Part shown: piece by piece, positions 1-12,670 of the stretch
Numbering within the stretch: position 1 is the stretch's first letter
How the letters are laid out: each line of letters starts with the position of its first letter
Assembly: GCA_964016885.1 (NCBI GenBank)
Contig: OZ024741.1
Span: 386,012,001 to 386,076,000, forward strand
Source of the DNA: Eledone cirrhosa
Taxonomy: Eukaryota
Reading direction: 5' to 3'
DNA: 64,000 nucleotides
Position numbers and translations under genes: made by a program
The notes under the pieces: model-generated
Told to the model about the DNA's origin: nothing
The model's input: only the letters and a program-made list of their open reading frames with translations
Databases searched by the model: none

Positions 1-2240
1 TAACACTAAAAGTAACACTAACACAAACACTAATCTGAAAACTGATACTAACCAGAAAACTAAACTAACATTAACTTCAACAATAAAACAAACACTAACG
101 CTAACAGAGATACTAACACAAATATTAACACAAAAACAAACACAAAAACAAACACTAACACAATCACTAACACTAACCTCAACACTAAAACTAACATTAA
201 CTTGAACACTAACTCTAACCTGAAAACTAAGCTAACATTAACCTGAACACTAACATAAACACTAATGCTAACACTAACAGAAATACTAATATTAACATTC
301 ACGCAAAAACAAAGACTAACGCTAACACAATCACTAACACTAATGGAAACATCAAACACTAATGCTAACAGAGATACTAACACTAGCACAATCTCTAACA
401 CTAACCTTAACACTAAAACTAACACTAACATTAACTTGAACACTAACACTAACCTGAACACTTACATTAAAACTAACATTAACCTGAACACTAACACTAA
501 AACTAACACTAACAGAGATACTAACACAAATATTAACACAAAAACAAACACTAACACTAAAACAAACACTAACACTAAAACTAACATTAACTTGAACACT
601 AACCTGAAAACTAAGCTAACATTAACCTGAACACTAACACAAACACTCATGCTAACACTGACACTAACCTGAACACCAGCACTAAAACTAACACTACCGT
701 AAACACTAATACAAACACTAAAACTAACATTAGCACAAACATTAGCCTGAGCACTAAAACTAACACTACCATAAACACTAACATAAACACTAACACTGAC
801 CACTAACACTAAAAGTAACACTAACACAAACACTAATTTGAAAACTGATACTAACCAGAAAACTAAGCTAACATTAACTTCAACACTAAAACAAACACTA
901 ACACTAACAGAGATACTAACACAAATATTAACACAAAAACAAACACTAACACAATCTCTAACACTAACCTCAACACTAAAACTAACATTAACTTGAACAC
1001 TAACTCTAACCTGAAAACTAAGCTAACATTAACCTGAACACTAACATAAACACTAATGCTAACACTAACAGAAATACTAATGCTAACATTAACACAAAAA
1101 CAAAGACTAACGCTAACACAATCACTAACACTAATGGAAACATCAAACACTAATGCTAACAGAGATACTAACACAATCTCTAACACTAACCTGAAAACTA
1201 AGCTAACATTAACCTGAACACTAATGCTAACACTAACAGAAATACTAATGCTAACATTAACACAAAAACAAAGACTAACGCTAACACAATCACTAACACT
1301 AATGGAAACATCAATCACTAATGCTAACAGAGATACTAACACAATCTCTAACATTAATGGAAACATCAATCACTAATGCTAACAGAGATACTAACACAAA
1401 TATTAACACAAAAACAAATACTAACACTAACACAATCTCTAACACTAACCTTAACATTAACTTGAACACTAACACTAACATTAACTTGAACACTAACACT
1501 AACCTGAACACTTACACTAAAACTAACATTAACCTGAACACTAACACTAAAACTAACACTAACAGAGATACTAACACAAACACTAACACAAAAACAAACA
1601 CTAGCATAATCTCTAACAGTAACTAACCTGAAAACTAAGCTAACATTAACCTGAACACTAACACAAACACTCATGCTAACACTAACAGAAATACTAATGC
1701 TAACATTAACACAAAAACAAAGACTAACGCTTACGCAATCACTAACACTAATGGAAACATCAATCACTAATGCTAACAGAGATACTAACACAAATATTAA
1801 CACAAAAACAAACACTAACACAATCTCTAACACTAACCTTAACACTAAAACTAACACGACCATAAACAGTAACACTGATCTGAGCACTAACACGAACACT
1901 GATACTAACCAGAAAACTAAGCTAACATTAACCTCAACACTAAAACAAACACTAACATTAACAGAAAACAAAGACTAGCACTAACTCTAATGGAAACACT
2001 AACACAAACATTAACACAAAATAAAACACTAACACTAAAACTGACATTAACACGAACATTAACCTGAACACTAACACTACCACTAAAACTAACACTACCA
2101 TAAACCACTAACCTGAGCACTAACACTAAAAGTAACATGAGCCCTAACCTGAAAACTAAGTCAACATTAACCTGAACACTAACACAAATGCTAACACTAA
2201 TACAAAATCAAACACTAACACGAACACTAATGGAAACACT
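1..2240. repeat. Degenerate hexamer array (ACTAAC/AACACT)n with longer reiterated sub-blocks
   Basis: Continuous 6-bp periodicity and almost no G on the + strand. Sub-blocks such as GAAAACTAAGCTAACATTAACCTGAACAC and GCTAACAGAGATACTAACAC recur many times. Runs off the window start. Confidence 0.95.
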
Positions 2241-4040
2241 AACGCCAAAGCTGACACTGACGAAGATGGCTATGCTGGCACAAACGCTAGCGCAAATGTT
2301 GACACAATTGCTTACGCTGACACAAACACTAACGTGAATACTAATGTAGGTGCAAAGGCGAATGCTGAAAAGACTCTGACGCACACGCTGATGTAAATGC
2401 TACACAGACTCTAACGCTGATGTAGACTTTGACAAATGCTCACGCTGATGCAAACTAAAGCAAATGCAGACACTAATGCAAACACAGACGTAAATGTTGA
2501 TGCAGATGTTAACGCAAACGATGACAGCGATGCTAATGTGAACCTTAACGCAGACGTAAACATTGACGTAGAAGCTAAAGGAAACACTAATGAAAATGCT
2601 GACGCAGACGCTGACACAGACGCTAACACACGTTAACACAGATGCTAACATAAACACTGACGCAGATGCTAATATAAACACTGACGCAGACGCTAACATA
2701 AACGCTGACACAGGTGCTAACACACGTTGACACAGACGCTAATGTAAACGATGACGTAGAAGCTAACGTAAACGCCGACACAGACGCAAATGTAAACGCT
2801 GACGTTGATGTAGATGTAAATACTGACGCTGATGTAGAAGCTAACACAAACGCTGACGTAGAAGCTAATGTAGATGCTGACGTAGAAGCTAACGTAAACG
2901 ATGATGTAGATGTTAAAGTAGACGCTGACGTAGAAGCTAACGTAAACGCTGACGTAGAAGTTAACAAAACGCTGACGTAGTTGTTACGTAGAAGCAGGCG
3001 TAGAAGTTAGCGTTTACCCTTACCGCCGAAGCTGATCTCCAAAACGCAATTGCTGATGCGGATTGCTGAAGCCAAAGCTAACGCTAACGCTGACGCAAAT
3101 GTTGAGGCAGTTTTGCCGGCGCTGACGTGTATGCTGACGCTAACGCAAATGCTGATGCGGACGCTAGGGCTAACGCTAACGCTGATGCAAATGCTGAAGT
3201 TAACGCTTACATGGGATATGCAGACGCTGCAATGATGCGGACGCCATAGGAAAGGTTGATGGAAACGCTAATGCTAACGGAAAACGCTGACGTAGAAGCT
3301 AATGTAAACGCTGACACAGATGCTAACGTAAACACTGACGTTAACTGAAATGCTGATGTAGATGTAAATACTGATGCTGACACAGACGTGGTCGGAAACG
3401 CTGACGTAGAAGCTAACGGAAACACTGACACAGACGCTAACGGAAATGCTGACAAAGACGTTAAAGGAAACGCTGTCGCTAATGCTAATGCTAATGCTGA
3501 CGCAAATGCTAACCCCTACACAAATGCAAACGCTGATGCTAACACTGACTCAAACACTAATGCAAATGCTGACGTGCACGCTGATGCAAACGCTGACACT
3601 GAGGGAAATGCTGACACTGACACAAGTGCTGACGCGGACGCTAATGATAATGCTGACTCAGAAGCAAACACTAATGCTAACACTAATGCTGACTCAGGCG
3701 CTAAGGGAAATGCTGACACAATCACTATCACCAATGCAGATGCTGACGCAAATGCTGACGCAAATGCTGACACTTACGCAAACACTAAGGCTAATCCAAA
3801 CACTAACGCAGATGCTAACACCAGTCTACATAGATACTAACACAAAAGTTTACATAGACGCTTATGCAATAATAACGCTGATGCAGACAGTTACGCAAAC
3901 AGTAACTGTAAGAGTAACAGTTACAGTAACACTAACAGCGACAGTAATGCTAACAGTAACACAGTCACTAACAATAAACTTACCATTAACAGTAAAACTT
4001 ACCCTAACACTAACCCTAAATCTAACATTAATCCAGAGAA
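2240..4040. repeat. Diverged hexamer array (GCTGAC/GCTAAT/GTAGAA variants) continuous with the ACTAAC array
   Basis: Same 6-bp register with A>G variants; reverts to ACTAAC/CCTAA-like units at ~3900-4030. Confidence 0.85.
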
Positions 4041-4139
4041 AAAAGTAATTTGCAATCACATTTAAGGTCACTCTTTAAGATATAGAAGATAGGCATTACA
4101 TTTTAATGATTTTAATTTAAAGAGAATCACGCTATACGA

Positions 4140-7100
4140 TGCAACACAATAACACACCACACCACACTAACCTACACTACACCAAACCAGATTATACCAT
4201 ACCTTGGTAAATTTATGATAGGTTTCCATGTTATAACTACACCAAACTAAACCATACCAAACTACACCAAACCAAACTACACCAAACCAAACTACACCAA
4301 ACTAAACCATACCAAACTACACCAAACCAAACTACACCATACCAAACTACACCATACTACATCACACCATGCTATTAATCTCAGTGAGAACATTTTTCTT
4401 CCTGTTTTTTTTTTCTGTGTGTGCTTACCACCCAATCTGATATCAAAGGTGTTCACAAATGACTATTTTTTTACACATTATCAATGTATATAACATGGAA
4501 ACCTATCATTTGCAATAGGTTCCCATGTCATAACTACAACAGTCCAAACCACACCACAACAAACTACACCATTCTACATCACACCATGCTTTTGATCTCA
4601 GTGTGAAAAATTTTCTTCCTGTTTCTTTTTTTTTTTGTGTGTGTTCTTACCACCCAATCTGACATCAAAGGTGCTGCAATTGACTATTTTTCGCACATAT
4701 TATCAATAATTATGACATGAAAAACTGTCAAAAATGACTAGCTTTGTAGAAAAAAGAGGGAGGATGTGGGTGGAAATACCATTTACAAAGCTAGTCATTT
4801 TTTATTGCAGCGGAAGTCATATTTTTTGTTAATATGCTAAAAGCATAGTCCACTGCGAGCTTCTTCGAAGTTGATAGCACATGCAAAAATGAAGGAAACA
4901 TTTTTTTCTAACATAAATCAAAGTGGAAATTTAAATCCTCACTTATAACAAAGTACACCACAGCACATTAATCTACCCCAATCCACACCATAAATTCACC
5001 AAACCAAGTTACACCATACTACATCGCACCAAGTTATTGATCTTGGTGTGAAACATTTTCTTCCCGTTTCCTTTTTTTTTTTGTGTGTGTGCTTACCACC
5101 CAATCTGACATTAAAGGTGCTCTCAATTGACTATTATTTTTCCACTTATCAATAATTATGACATGGAAGCCTGTCGAAAATGACTATCTTTGTAGAAACT
5201 TCACCAAACCACACCATACTACATGCCAAATGAAAATTTGTCACACCAAAATCAATATCTTGGTGTGACAAATTTTCATTTGGCATTTTTTTTTCATTTT
5301 TTTTGTGCTTACCACCCAATTTGACATAAAAGGTGCTCGCAAATTACTATTTTATGCACATATTATCAATGGTTATGACATGGAAACCTGATAAAAATGA
5401 CTAGCTTTGTAGAAAAAAACAGTTTTACTGTTTAGTTTTACTGTTTATTTTTTGTTAATATGCTAAAAGCATAGTCCACTGCGAGCTTCTTCGAAGTTGA
5501 TAGCACATGCAAAAATGAAGGAAAAATTTTTTTTCTAACATAAATCAAAGTGGAAATTTAAATCCTCACTTATAACAAAGCACACCACAGCACATTAATC
5601 TACCCCAATCCACACCATAAATTCACCATAACCATACTTCACTATATGGTAAATTTATTACAGAACACCTACTCGTATCATTTACATCACACCATGGTAT
5701 GGAATCAATGTGACAAATTTGCTACCTTCTTTTTATTTTTTTTTTGTGGTTACCACCTCAAACTAACATCAAAGGTGCTTGCAAATGACTATTTTCCCAC
5801 ACATTATCAATGAATATGACATGGGAATCTATCGTTTACAATTGGTTTCCATTTCATAACTTCACCAAACCAAACCAAACCACACCATACCAAGTTACAC
5901 CATACTACATCACACCAAGCTATTGATCTTGGTGTGAAACATTTTCTTCCCGTTTCTTTTTTTTTTATTGTGTGTGTGCTTACCACCCAATCTGACATTA
6001 AAGGTGCTCCCAATTGACTATTTTCTTTCCACTTATCAATAATTATGACATGGAAACCTGTCGAAAATGACTATCTTTGTAGAAACTTCACCATACTACA
6101 TCACACCAAGATATTGATTTTGGTGTGACAAATTTTCATCTGGAATTTTTTTTTTTTTTTTTTTTTTTTTTTGTGTTACCACCCAATTTAACATAAAACG
6201 TGCTTGCAAATTACTATTTTATGCACATATTATCAATGGTTATGACATGGAAACCTGATAAAAATGACTAGCTTTGTAGCAAAATGAGGGAGGATGTGGG
6301 TGGAAATACCATTTACAAAGCTAGTCATTTTTTATTGCAGCGGAAGTCATATTTTTTGTTAATATGCTAAAAGCATAGTCCACTGCGAGCTTCTTCGAAG
6401 TTGATAGCACATGCAAAATTGAAGAAAAAATTTTTTTCTAACATAAATCAAAGTGGAAATTTAAATCCTCACTTATAACAAAGCACACCACAGCACATTA
6501 ATCTACCCCAATCCACACCATAAATTCACCAAACCAAGTTACACCATACTACATCGCACCAAGTTATTGATCTTGGTGTGAAACATTTTCTTCCCGTTTC
6601 CTTTTTTTTTTTGTGTGTGTGCTTACCATCCAATCTGACATTAAAGGTGCTCTCAATTGACTATTATTTTTCCACTTATCAATAATTATGACATGGAAGC
6701 CTGTCGAAAATGACTATCTTTGTAGAAACTTCACCAAACCACACCATACTACATCACACCAAGATATTGATTTTGGTGTGACAAATTTTCATTTGGCATT
6801 TTTTTTTCATTTTTTTTGTGCTTACCACCCAATTTGACATAAAAGGTGCTCGCAAATTACTATTTTATGCACATATTATCAATGGTTATGACATGGAAAC
6901 CTGATGAAAATGACTAGCTTTGTAGCAAAATGAGGGAGGATATAGGTGGAAATACCATTTACAAAGCTAGCCATTTTTTATTGCAGCGGAAGTCATATTT
7001 TTTGTTAATATGCTAAAAGCATAGTCCACTGCGAGCTTCTTCGAAGTTGATAGCACATGCAAAAATGAAGGAAAAATTTTTTTTCTAACATAAATCAAAG

Positions 7101-8990
7101 TGGAAATTTAAATCCTCACTTATAACAAAGCACACCACAGCACATTAATCTACCCCAATCCACACCATAAATTCACCATAACCATACTTCACTATATGGT
7201 AAATTTATTACAGAACACCTACTCGTATCATTTACATCACACCATGGTATGGAATCAATGTGACAAATTTGCTACCTTCTTTTTATTTTTTTTTTGTGGT
7301 TACCACCTCAAACTAACATCAAAGGTGCTTGCAAATGACTATTTTCCCACACATTATCAATGAATATGACATGGGAATCTATCGTTTACAATTGGTTTCC
7401 ATTTCATAACTTCACCAAACCAAACCAAACCACACCATACCAAGTTACACCATACTACATCACACCAAGCTATTGATCTTGGTGTGAAACATTTTCTTCC
7501 CGTTTCTTTTTTTTTTATTGTGTGTGTGCTTACCACCCAATCTGACATTAAAGGTGCTCCCAATTGACTATTTTCTTTCCACTTATCAATAATTATGACA
7601 TGGAAACCTGTCGAAAATGACTATCTTTGTAGAAACTTCACCATACTACATCACACCAAGATATTGATTTTGGTGTGACAAATTTTCATCTGGAATTTTT
7701 TTTTTTTTTTTTTTTTTTTTTTGTGTTACCACCCAATTTAACATAAAACGTGCTTGCAAATTACTATTTTATGCACATATTATCAATGGTTATGACATGG
7801 AAACCTGATAAAAATGACTAGCTTTGTAGCAAAATGAGGGAGGATGTGGGTGGAAATACCATTTACAAAGCTAGTCATTTTTTATTGCAGCGGAAGTCAT
7901 ATTTTTTGTTAATATGCTAAAAGCATAGTCCACTGCGAGCTTCTTCGAAGTTGATAGCACATGCAAAATTGAAGAAAAAATTTTTTTCTAACATAAATCA
8001 AAGTGGAAATTTAAATCCTCACTTATAACAAAGCACACCACAGCACATTAATCTACCCCAATCCACACCATAAATTCACCAAACCAAGTTACACCATACT
8101 ACATCGCACCAAGTTATTGATCTTGGTGTGAAACATTTTCTTCCCGTTTCCTTTTTTTTTTTGTGTGTGTGCTTACCATCCAATCTGACATTAAAGGTGC
8201 TCTCAATTGACTATTATTTTTCCACTTATCAATAATTATGACATGGAAGCCTGTCGAAAATGACTATCTTTGTAGAAACTTCACCAAACCACACCATACT
8301 ACATCACACCAAGATATTGATTTTGGTGTGACAAATTTTCATTTGGCATTTTTTTTTCATTTTTTTTGTGCTTACCACCCAATTTGACATAAAAGGTGCT
8401 CGCAAATTACTATTTTATGCACATATTATCAATGGTTATGACATGGAAACCTGATGAAAATGACTAGCTTTGTAGCAAAATGAGGGAGGATATAGGTGGA
8501 AATACCATTTACAAAGCTAGCCATTTTTTATTGCAGCGGAAGTCATATTTTTTGTTAATATGCTAAAAGCATAGTCCACTGCGAGCTTCTTCGAAGTTGA
8601 TAGCACATGCAAAAATGAAGGAAAAATTTTTTTTCTAACATAAATCAAAGTGGAAATTTAAATCCTCACTTATAACAAAGCACACCACAGCACATTAATC
8701 TACCCCAATCCACACCATAACCATACTTCACCATATAGTAAATTTATTACAGAACACCGACTCCTACCATTTACATCACACCAATGCTCGCAGTTGACTA
8801 TTTTTTTCACATATTATGAATGAATATAACTTTGAAACCTATAGTCAATGATTAGCTTTGTAGAAAAATGAAGGCAGAAAGTGGGTGGAAAAACCATTCA
8901 CAAAGCTAGTCATTTTTAATTGCAGTGGAAATCATATTTGTTGTTAATAATGCTAAAAAAATAGTCAATTGCAAGCATTTTGGAGGTCGG
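4140..8990. repeat. Complex satellite: ~170-190-bp monomers in a 1550-bp (904+646) higher-order repeat
   Basis: Landmark TGCTAAAAGCATAGTCCACTGCGAGCTTCTTCGAAG at 4835, 5461, 6365, 7011, 7915, 8561. Identical spurious ORFs at 5807 and 7357 (offset 1550). Confidence 0.95.
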
Positions 8991-9141
8991 ATTAGTTGAT
9001 TGGACATAAAAAAACAAAGGTAAACAAATATTGTCTATATGTTCCTGTGGAAAGTCGGGTCTTCTGTATTACTGTGTGACGCCAGAGGTCATGGTCGTGT
9101 GTCATTGCCCTTGAGAGGTGCAATTGGGAAAGGTCGGCTTA

Positions 9142-9699
9142 GAAATATTTACTTCTGCGTTCACAGATTGATTTTTTTTAGTTTCAGAAGATCCCATTAA
9201 GGGTGAAAGCAGCCGATTTTTTGCTTAAACTTTAATCTGTTATTTTAATAAATATTTGCTCTACGGTTCTTATATATTTGATATATATTTATCCTTATCG
9301 AGCCCTCTTTGGATGTTAGTCTTCAAATTTATTATTATTACTATTTGGCTCCCTTGACTGAGTACTCTATTAACTTATATTCATCATGCAGAAACATCTG
9401 AATATTTCTACAAAGAACATACCCGTACCAAGCAGGAAGAAATACCTAAAACTACGTCTCCACGAACCAAAGTATCGTCTTCCTGTCTTTCTTCGGTTGC
9501 AACGTTTTTCGAAATATTTACTTCTGCGTTCACAGATTGATTTTTTTTTTTTTAGTTTCAGAAGATCCCATTAAGGGTGAAAGCAGCCGATTCTTTGCTT
9601 AAACTTTAATCTGTTATTTTAATAAATATTTGCTCTACGGTTCTTATATAATTGATATATATTTATCCCTATCGAGCCCTCTTTGGATTTTAGTCTTCA
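9142..9699. repeat. Direct repeat of ~185 bp (9142-9325 and 9511-9699)
   Basis: Near-identical copies GAAATATTTACTTCTGCGTTCACAG...GAGCCCTCTTTGGAT.TTAGTCTTCA, separated by ~185 bp of unique sequence. Confidence 0.9.
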
Positions 9700-9712
9700 T
9701 ATGTATTATTAC

Positions 9713-9743
<31 letters not shown>

Positions 9744-9747
9744 ATAT

Positions 9748-10113
9748 TGAGAGCATTGGCCTTGCAATCGAAAGGTTGTGAGTTCAATTCTCACACCGGG
9801 TGATGTGTTGTTTCCTTGAGCAAGACACTTTATTTCACATTGCTCCAGTTTACTCAGCTGTAGAAATGAGATGATAGGACTGGGGTCCCTATCATTCCAC
9901 TGCAAAGTGGTCGTGGAGGTGCCACGGCAAAAAAGCACCCAGCCCACACTGTAAAGTGGATGTGGAGGTGCCACGGGAAAAAAGCACCCAGCACTCACTA
10001 TAAATGAGGTTGGTGTTAGGAAGGGCATCCAGCTGTAGAAATCAAGCCAGAATCAGTTCCCGTCCCACCCTTGCAAGCAGGGAAAGAGTGGACGTAAAAT
10101 GAAATGATGATGA
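9748..10113 (+). mobile_element. tRNA-head SINE with RTE-like 3' tail
   Basis: B-box-like GAGTTCAATTC; core CCTTGAGCAAGACACTTTATTTCACATTGCTCCAG shared with other copies in the window; ends CCCTTGCAAGCAGGGAAAGAGTGGACGTAAAATG followed by an (ATG)n tail. Confidence 0.8.
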
Positions 10114-10114
10114 A

Positions 10115-10440
10115 TGCTCCCAGCTGTGGTCACCCCATAGTATCAAACTAACCATGGAGCTTGAAGCAATCCAATGAAGCTACACCAAGAAGGTTGCCAC
10201 GATGAAGGAGATAAACTACTGGGAGAGTCTAAAAGAACTGAAACTCTACTCCTCGGAATGAAGACGGGAGAGATATGCAATGATATACATATGGAAAATC
10301 CTGGGGGGACTAAGACCAAACTTTCGCATTGAGAGCTGGACCAATTCTCGAACAGGACGTCACTGTGTGGTACCAAAGGTCCCGTCTTCCACATCAGGAG
10401 CAGCTATTGCAATAGCCTGGGGTTCAAAGGCCCTCAACTT
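10115..10440 (+). mobile_element. CR1-clade LINE ORF2 C-terminal fragment (decayed)
   Basis: Translates to SQLWSPHSIKLTMELEAIQ*...LKELKLYS...RERYAMIYIWKIL; homologous to the minus-strand copy at 17650-18385. Confidence 0.75.
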
Positions 10441-10509
10441 GGTTTTCAAAATTTAAATTTGTGTTTCCTATTCATCAATGCTTCAAGCAAGCTATAAAAC
10501 TCTGTTATA

Positions 10510-10890
10510 TTTCATCATCATTTTATGTCAGTTCTTCTACGCTAGCATGGGTTGTCTTGTTGTGGGCAGTATCCGGTCGGCTGACCTTGTCTTGCTCATA
10601 CGGGAACTGATTCTGTCTTGATTTCTACAGCTGGATGCCCTTCCTAACACCAACCTCATTTACAGTGAATGGTGGGTGTTTTTTTTTTTTTTTTGCCGTG
10701 GCACCTCCACGACCACTTTGCAGTGGAATGATAGGGACACCAGTCCTATCTAATTTCTACAGCTGAGTAAACTGGAGCAATGTGAAATAAAGTGTCTTGC
10801 TCAAGGAAACAACACATCACCCGGTCCAAGAATTAAACTCACAACCTTTCAATTGCAAGCCCAATGCTCTAACCACTGAGCCATGTACCT
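10510..10890 (-). mobile_element. tRNA-head SINE, same family as 9748-10113, inverted
   Basis: Reverse complement of the 9748 copy over ~270 bp; (CAT)n tail at ~10512. Confidence 0.85.
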
Positions 10891-10904
10891 TCTATTGTTG
10901 GCAA

Positions 10905-11100
10905 TGTTAGGTCAGGTGACCATGTCTTGCTCATAAAGAACTGATTTTGGCTTGGTTTCTACAGCTGGATGCCCTTCCTAATGCCAAGTTCCTTTAAAGT
11001 GAGTGCTGGGTGTTTTTTGTTGTGATTCCTCCACGACTACTTTACAGTGTGGACTGGTTGTTTTTTACGTGTCACCATCACGACCACATTACAGTGTTTC
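10905..11100 (-). mobile_element. Partial third SINE copy (3' part)
   Basis: Repeats TTTCTACAGCTGGATGCCCTTCCTAA and the ACTTTACAGTG internal units seen at 10620-10730. Confidence 0.65.
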
Positions 11101-11329
11101 GGCCTGTCCTCATGAAAGATATATTGGCAGGTGGGATGGAGTGGTGCATACTGTATGTATGTTTCAGCCTTGGCCTGGGCCCATGGGAAGTTGGGGTTTC
11201 TGTATTACCTCATAACGCCAGAGATCTTGGTCCTGTGTCATTGCCTTTCAGAGGTGCAATTGGGCAAAGTCGGCTTTTATCACTTCATCTCAAGTCTTTC
11301 TGGGGCTTTATGTAGCTGTCATCCTTCAT

Positions 11330-11735
11330 ACGAATCACATGTCCATACCAACATAATCTCCTCTCCTGCACACAACATTTGATTCCTCTTATGCCTAGTT
11401 TCTCTTTCAGTTTATTTATGCTCTGCTGTTCGCGTATATTACTATTACACATCCATCGGAGCATACAAGCTTCATTCCTGTGGCAGTAGCTCCCTCAACT
11501 TCTTCCATCCCGTTCTTTCAGAACACACCCCCTCCGCTGCTAATTCGGTATTGTTTTTACCAAGTGATGTCACTTGTTTTCAATGATTGTTTTCTGCTTA
11601 CTGTCCTGGTGCAACTGCTACATGTAAAGCCTACATTCTGAACTAAACTTCCTGAGATCCCACTACATCTCTTGTGTACCCATAGTTTCCATATGGGGCA
11701 GAGGATGGAGTTTCTACCTACACCGCTCCTACATA
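11330..11735 (-). mobile_element. RTE-clade LINE fragments (internally deleted)
   Basis: Minus strand encodes CSLCRSGVGRNSILC..WVHKRCSGISG plus C-terminal sequence homologous to 31970-33200 and 38815-39150. Confidence 0.65.
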
Positions 11736-12029
11736 ATGAGCACACACACACACACACGCATATATATACACACACTCACATATATATATATACTAGCCGA
11801 ATTACCAGTGCCTTGTTGCGTTTCACACATTTTTTTTGTAAGAAAATGATGGTTGATTTTAAATCAGTGATATAATTTATGGAGAAAAACTCAATATTGC
11901 TCAATGTAAAATATAATGCATGAAAAATTGGAAAACATCATTTTTTGTAATATATCAAATCAAAATTGCATTATTAAATCTTATTCTTATTTTGTTTCTT
12001 GTAAATAATTTTTTTCAAAATATCAATTG

Positions 12030-12440
12030 AAAACTTTTGTGAATAGGCATCATATCTTGTCATTTACCTATGGTTTAAGTTTCATATAAATCGAAAGGCA
12101 AAAGTTTTCAGCGGGGGTTTGTACCCCAGGGAACCCTAATAGGGGGTTTAACCACCATTAAGGTGTCTTATAGTATTGAAATTTTGTGAATAGGCATCAT
12201 ATCTCTTCATTTATCTATGGTTTAAATTGCATATAAATCGAAGGGAAAACATTTTCAGCAGGGGTTTGTGCCACCGGTGAACCCTAATAGGGGGTTTAAC
12301 CCCCATTAGGGTATTTTAATTTTATTGAAATTTGCTGAAATTTTGTGAATAGGCATCATATCTTGTCATTTACCTATGGTTTAAATTTCATATAAATCGA
12401 AGGTAAAGTTTCAGCGGCGGTTTTGTGCCCCCAATGAACC
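12030..12440. repeat. Three tandem ~150-160-bp units
   Basis: TTTTGTGAATAGGCATCATATCT..TCATTTA.CTATGGTTTAA.TT.CATATAAATCGAA at ~12036, ~12182 and ~12341. Confidence 0.9.
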
Positions 12441-12608
12441 CTTTGATTAAAATGAAATATACTTATACAAGTACCCTGGGCAATGTAGTTTCAGAATATA
12501 TATGGTTATGGGGGTCTATCTCCAAAACCATAGGAGGAGTTCGTAAAATCTTGTTCCATTTATTGGCCAAACTTTTCACTATAGGGTGTCTTAATATTAT
12601 TGAAATTT

Positions 12609-12667
<59 letters not shown>

Positions 12668-12670
12668 CAC

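Noticed and set aside
60-2138. Hydrophobic 'membrane protein' ORFs on the minus strand
   Set aside because: Translations of the (GTTAGT)n repeat.
5807-7563. Duplicated 68-aa ORF as a tandem gene pair
   Set aside because: By-product of the 1550-bp satellite period; no recognisable protein features.
4140-8990. CRISPR-like repeat/spacer array
   Set aside because: Sequences between the conserved motifs are themselves repeated, there are no cas genes, and the context is eukaryotic.
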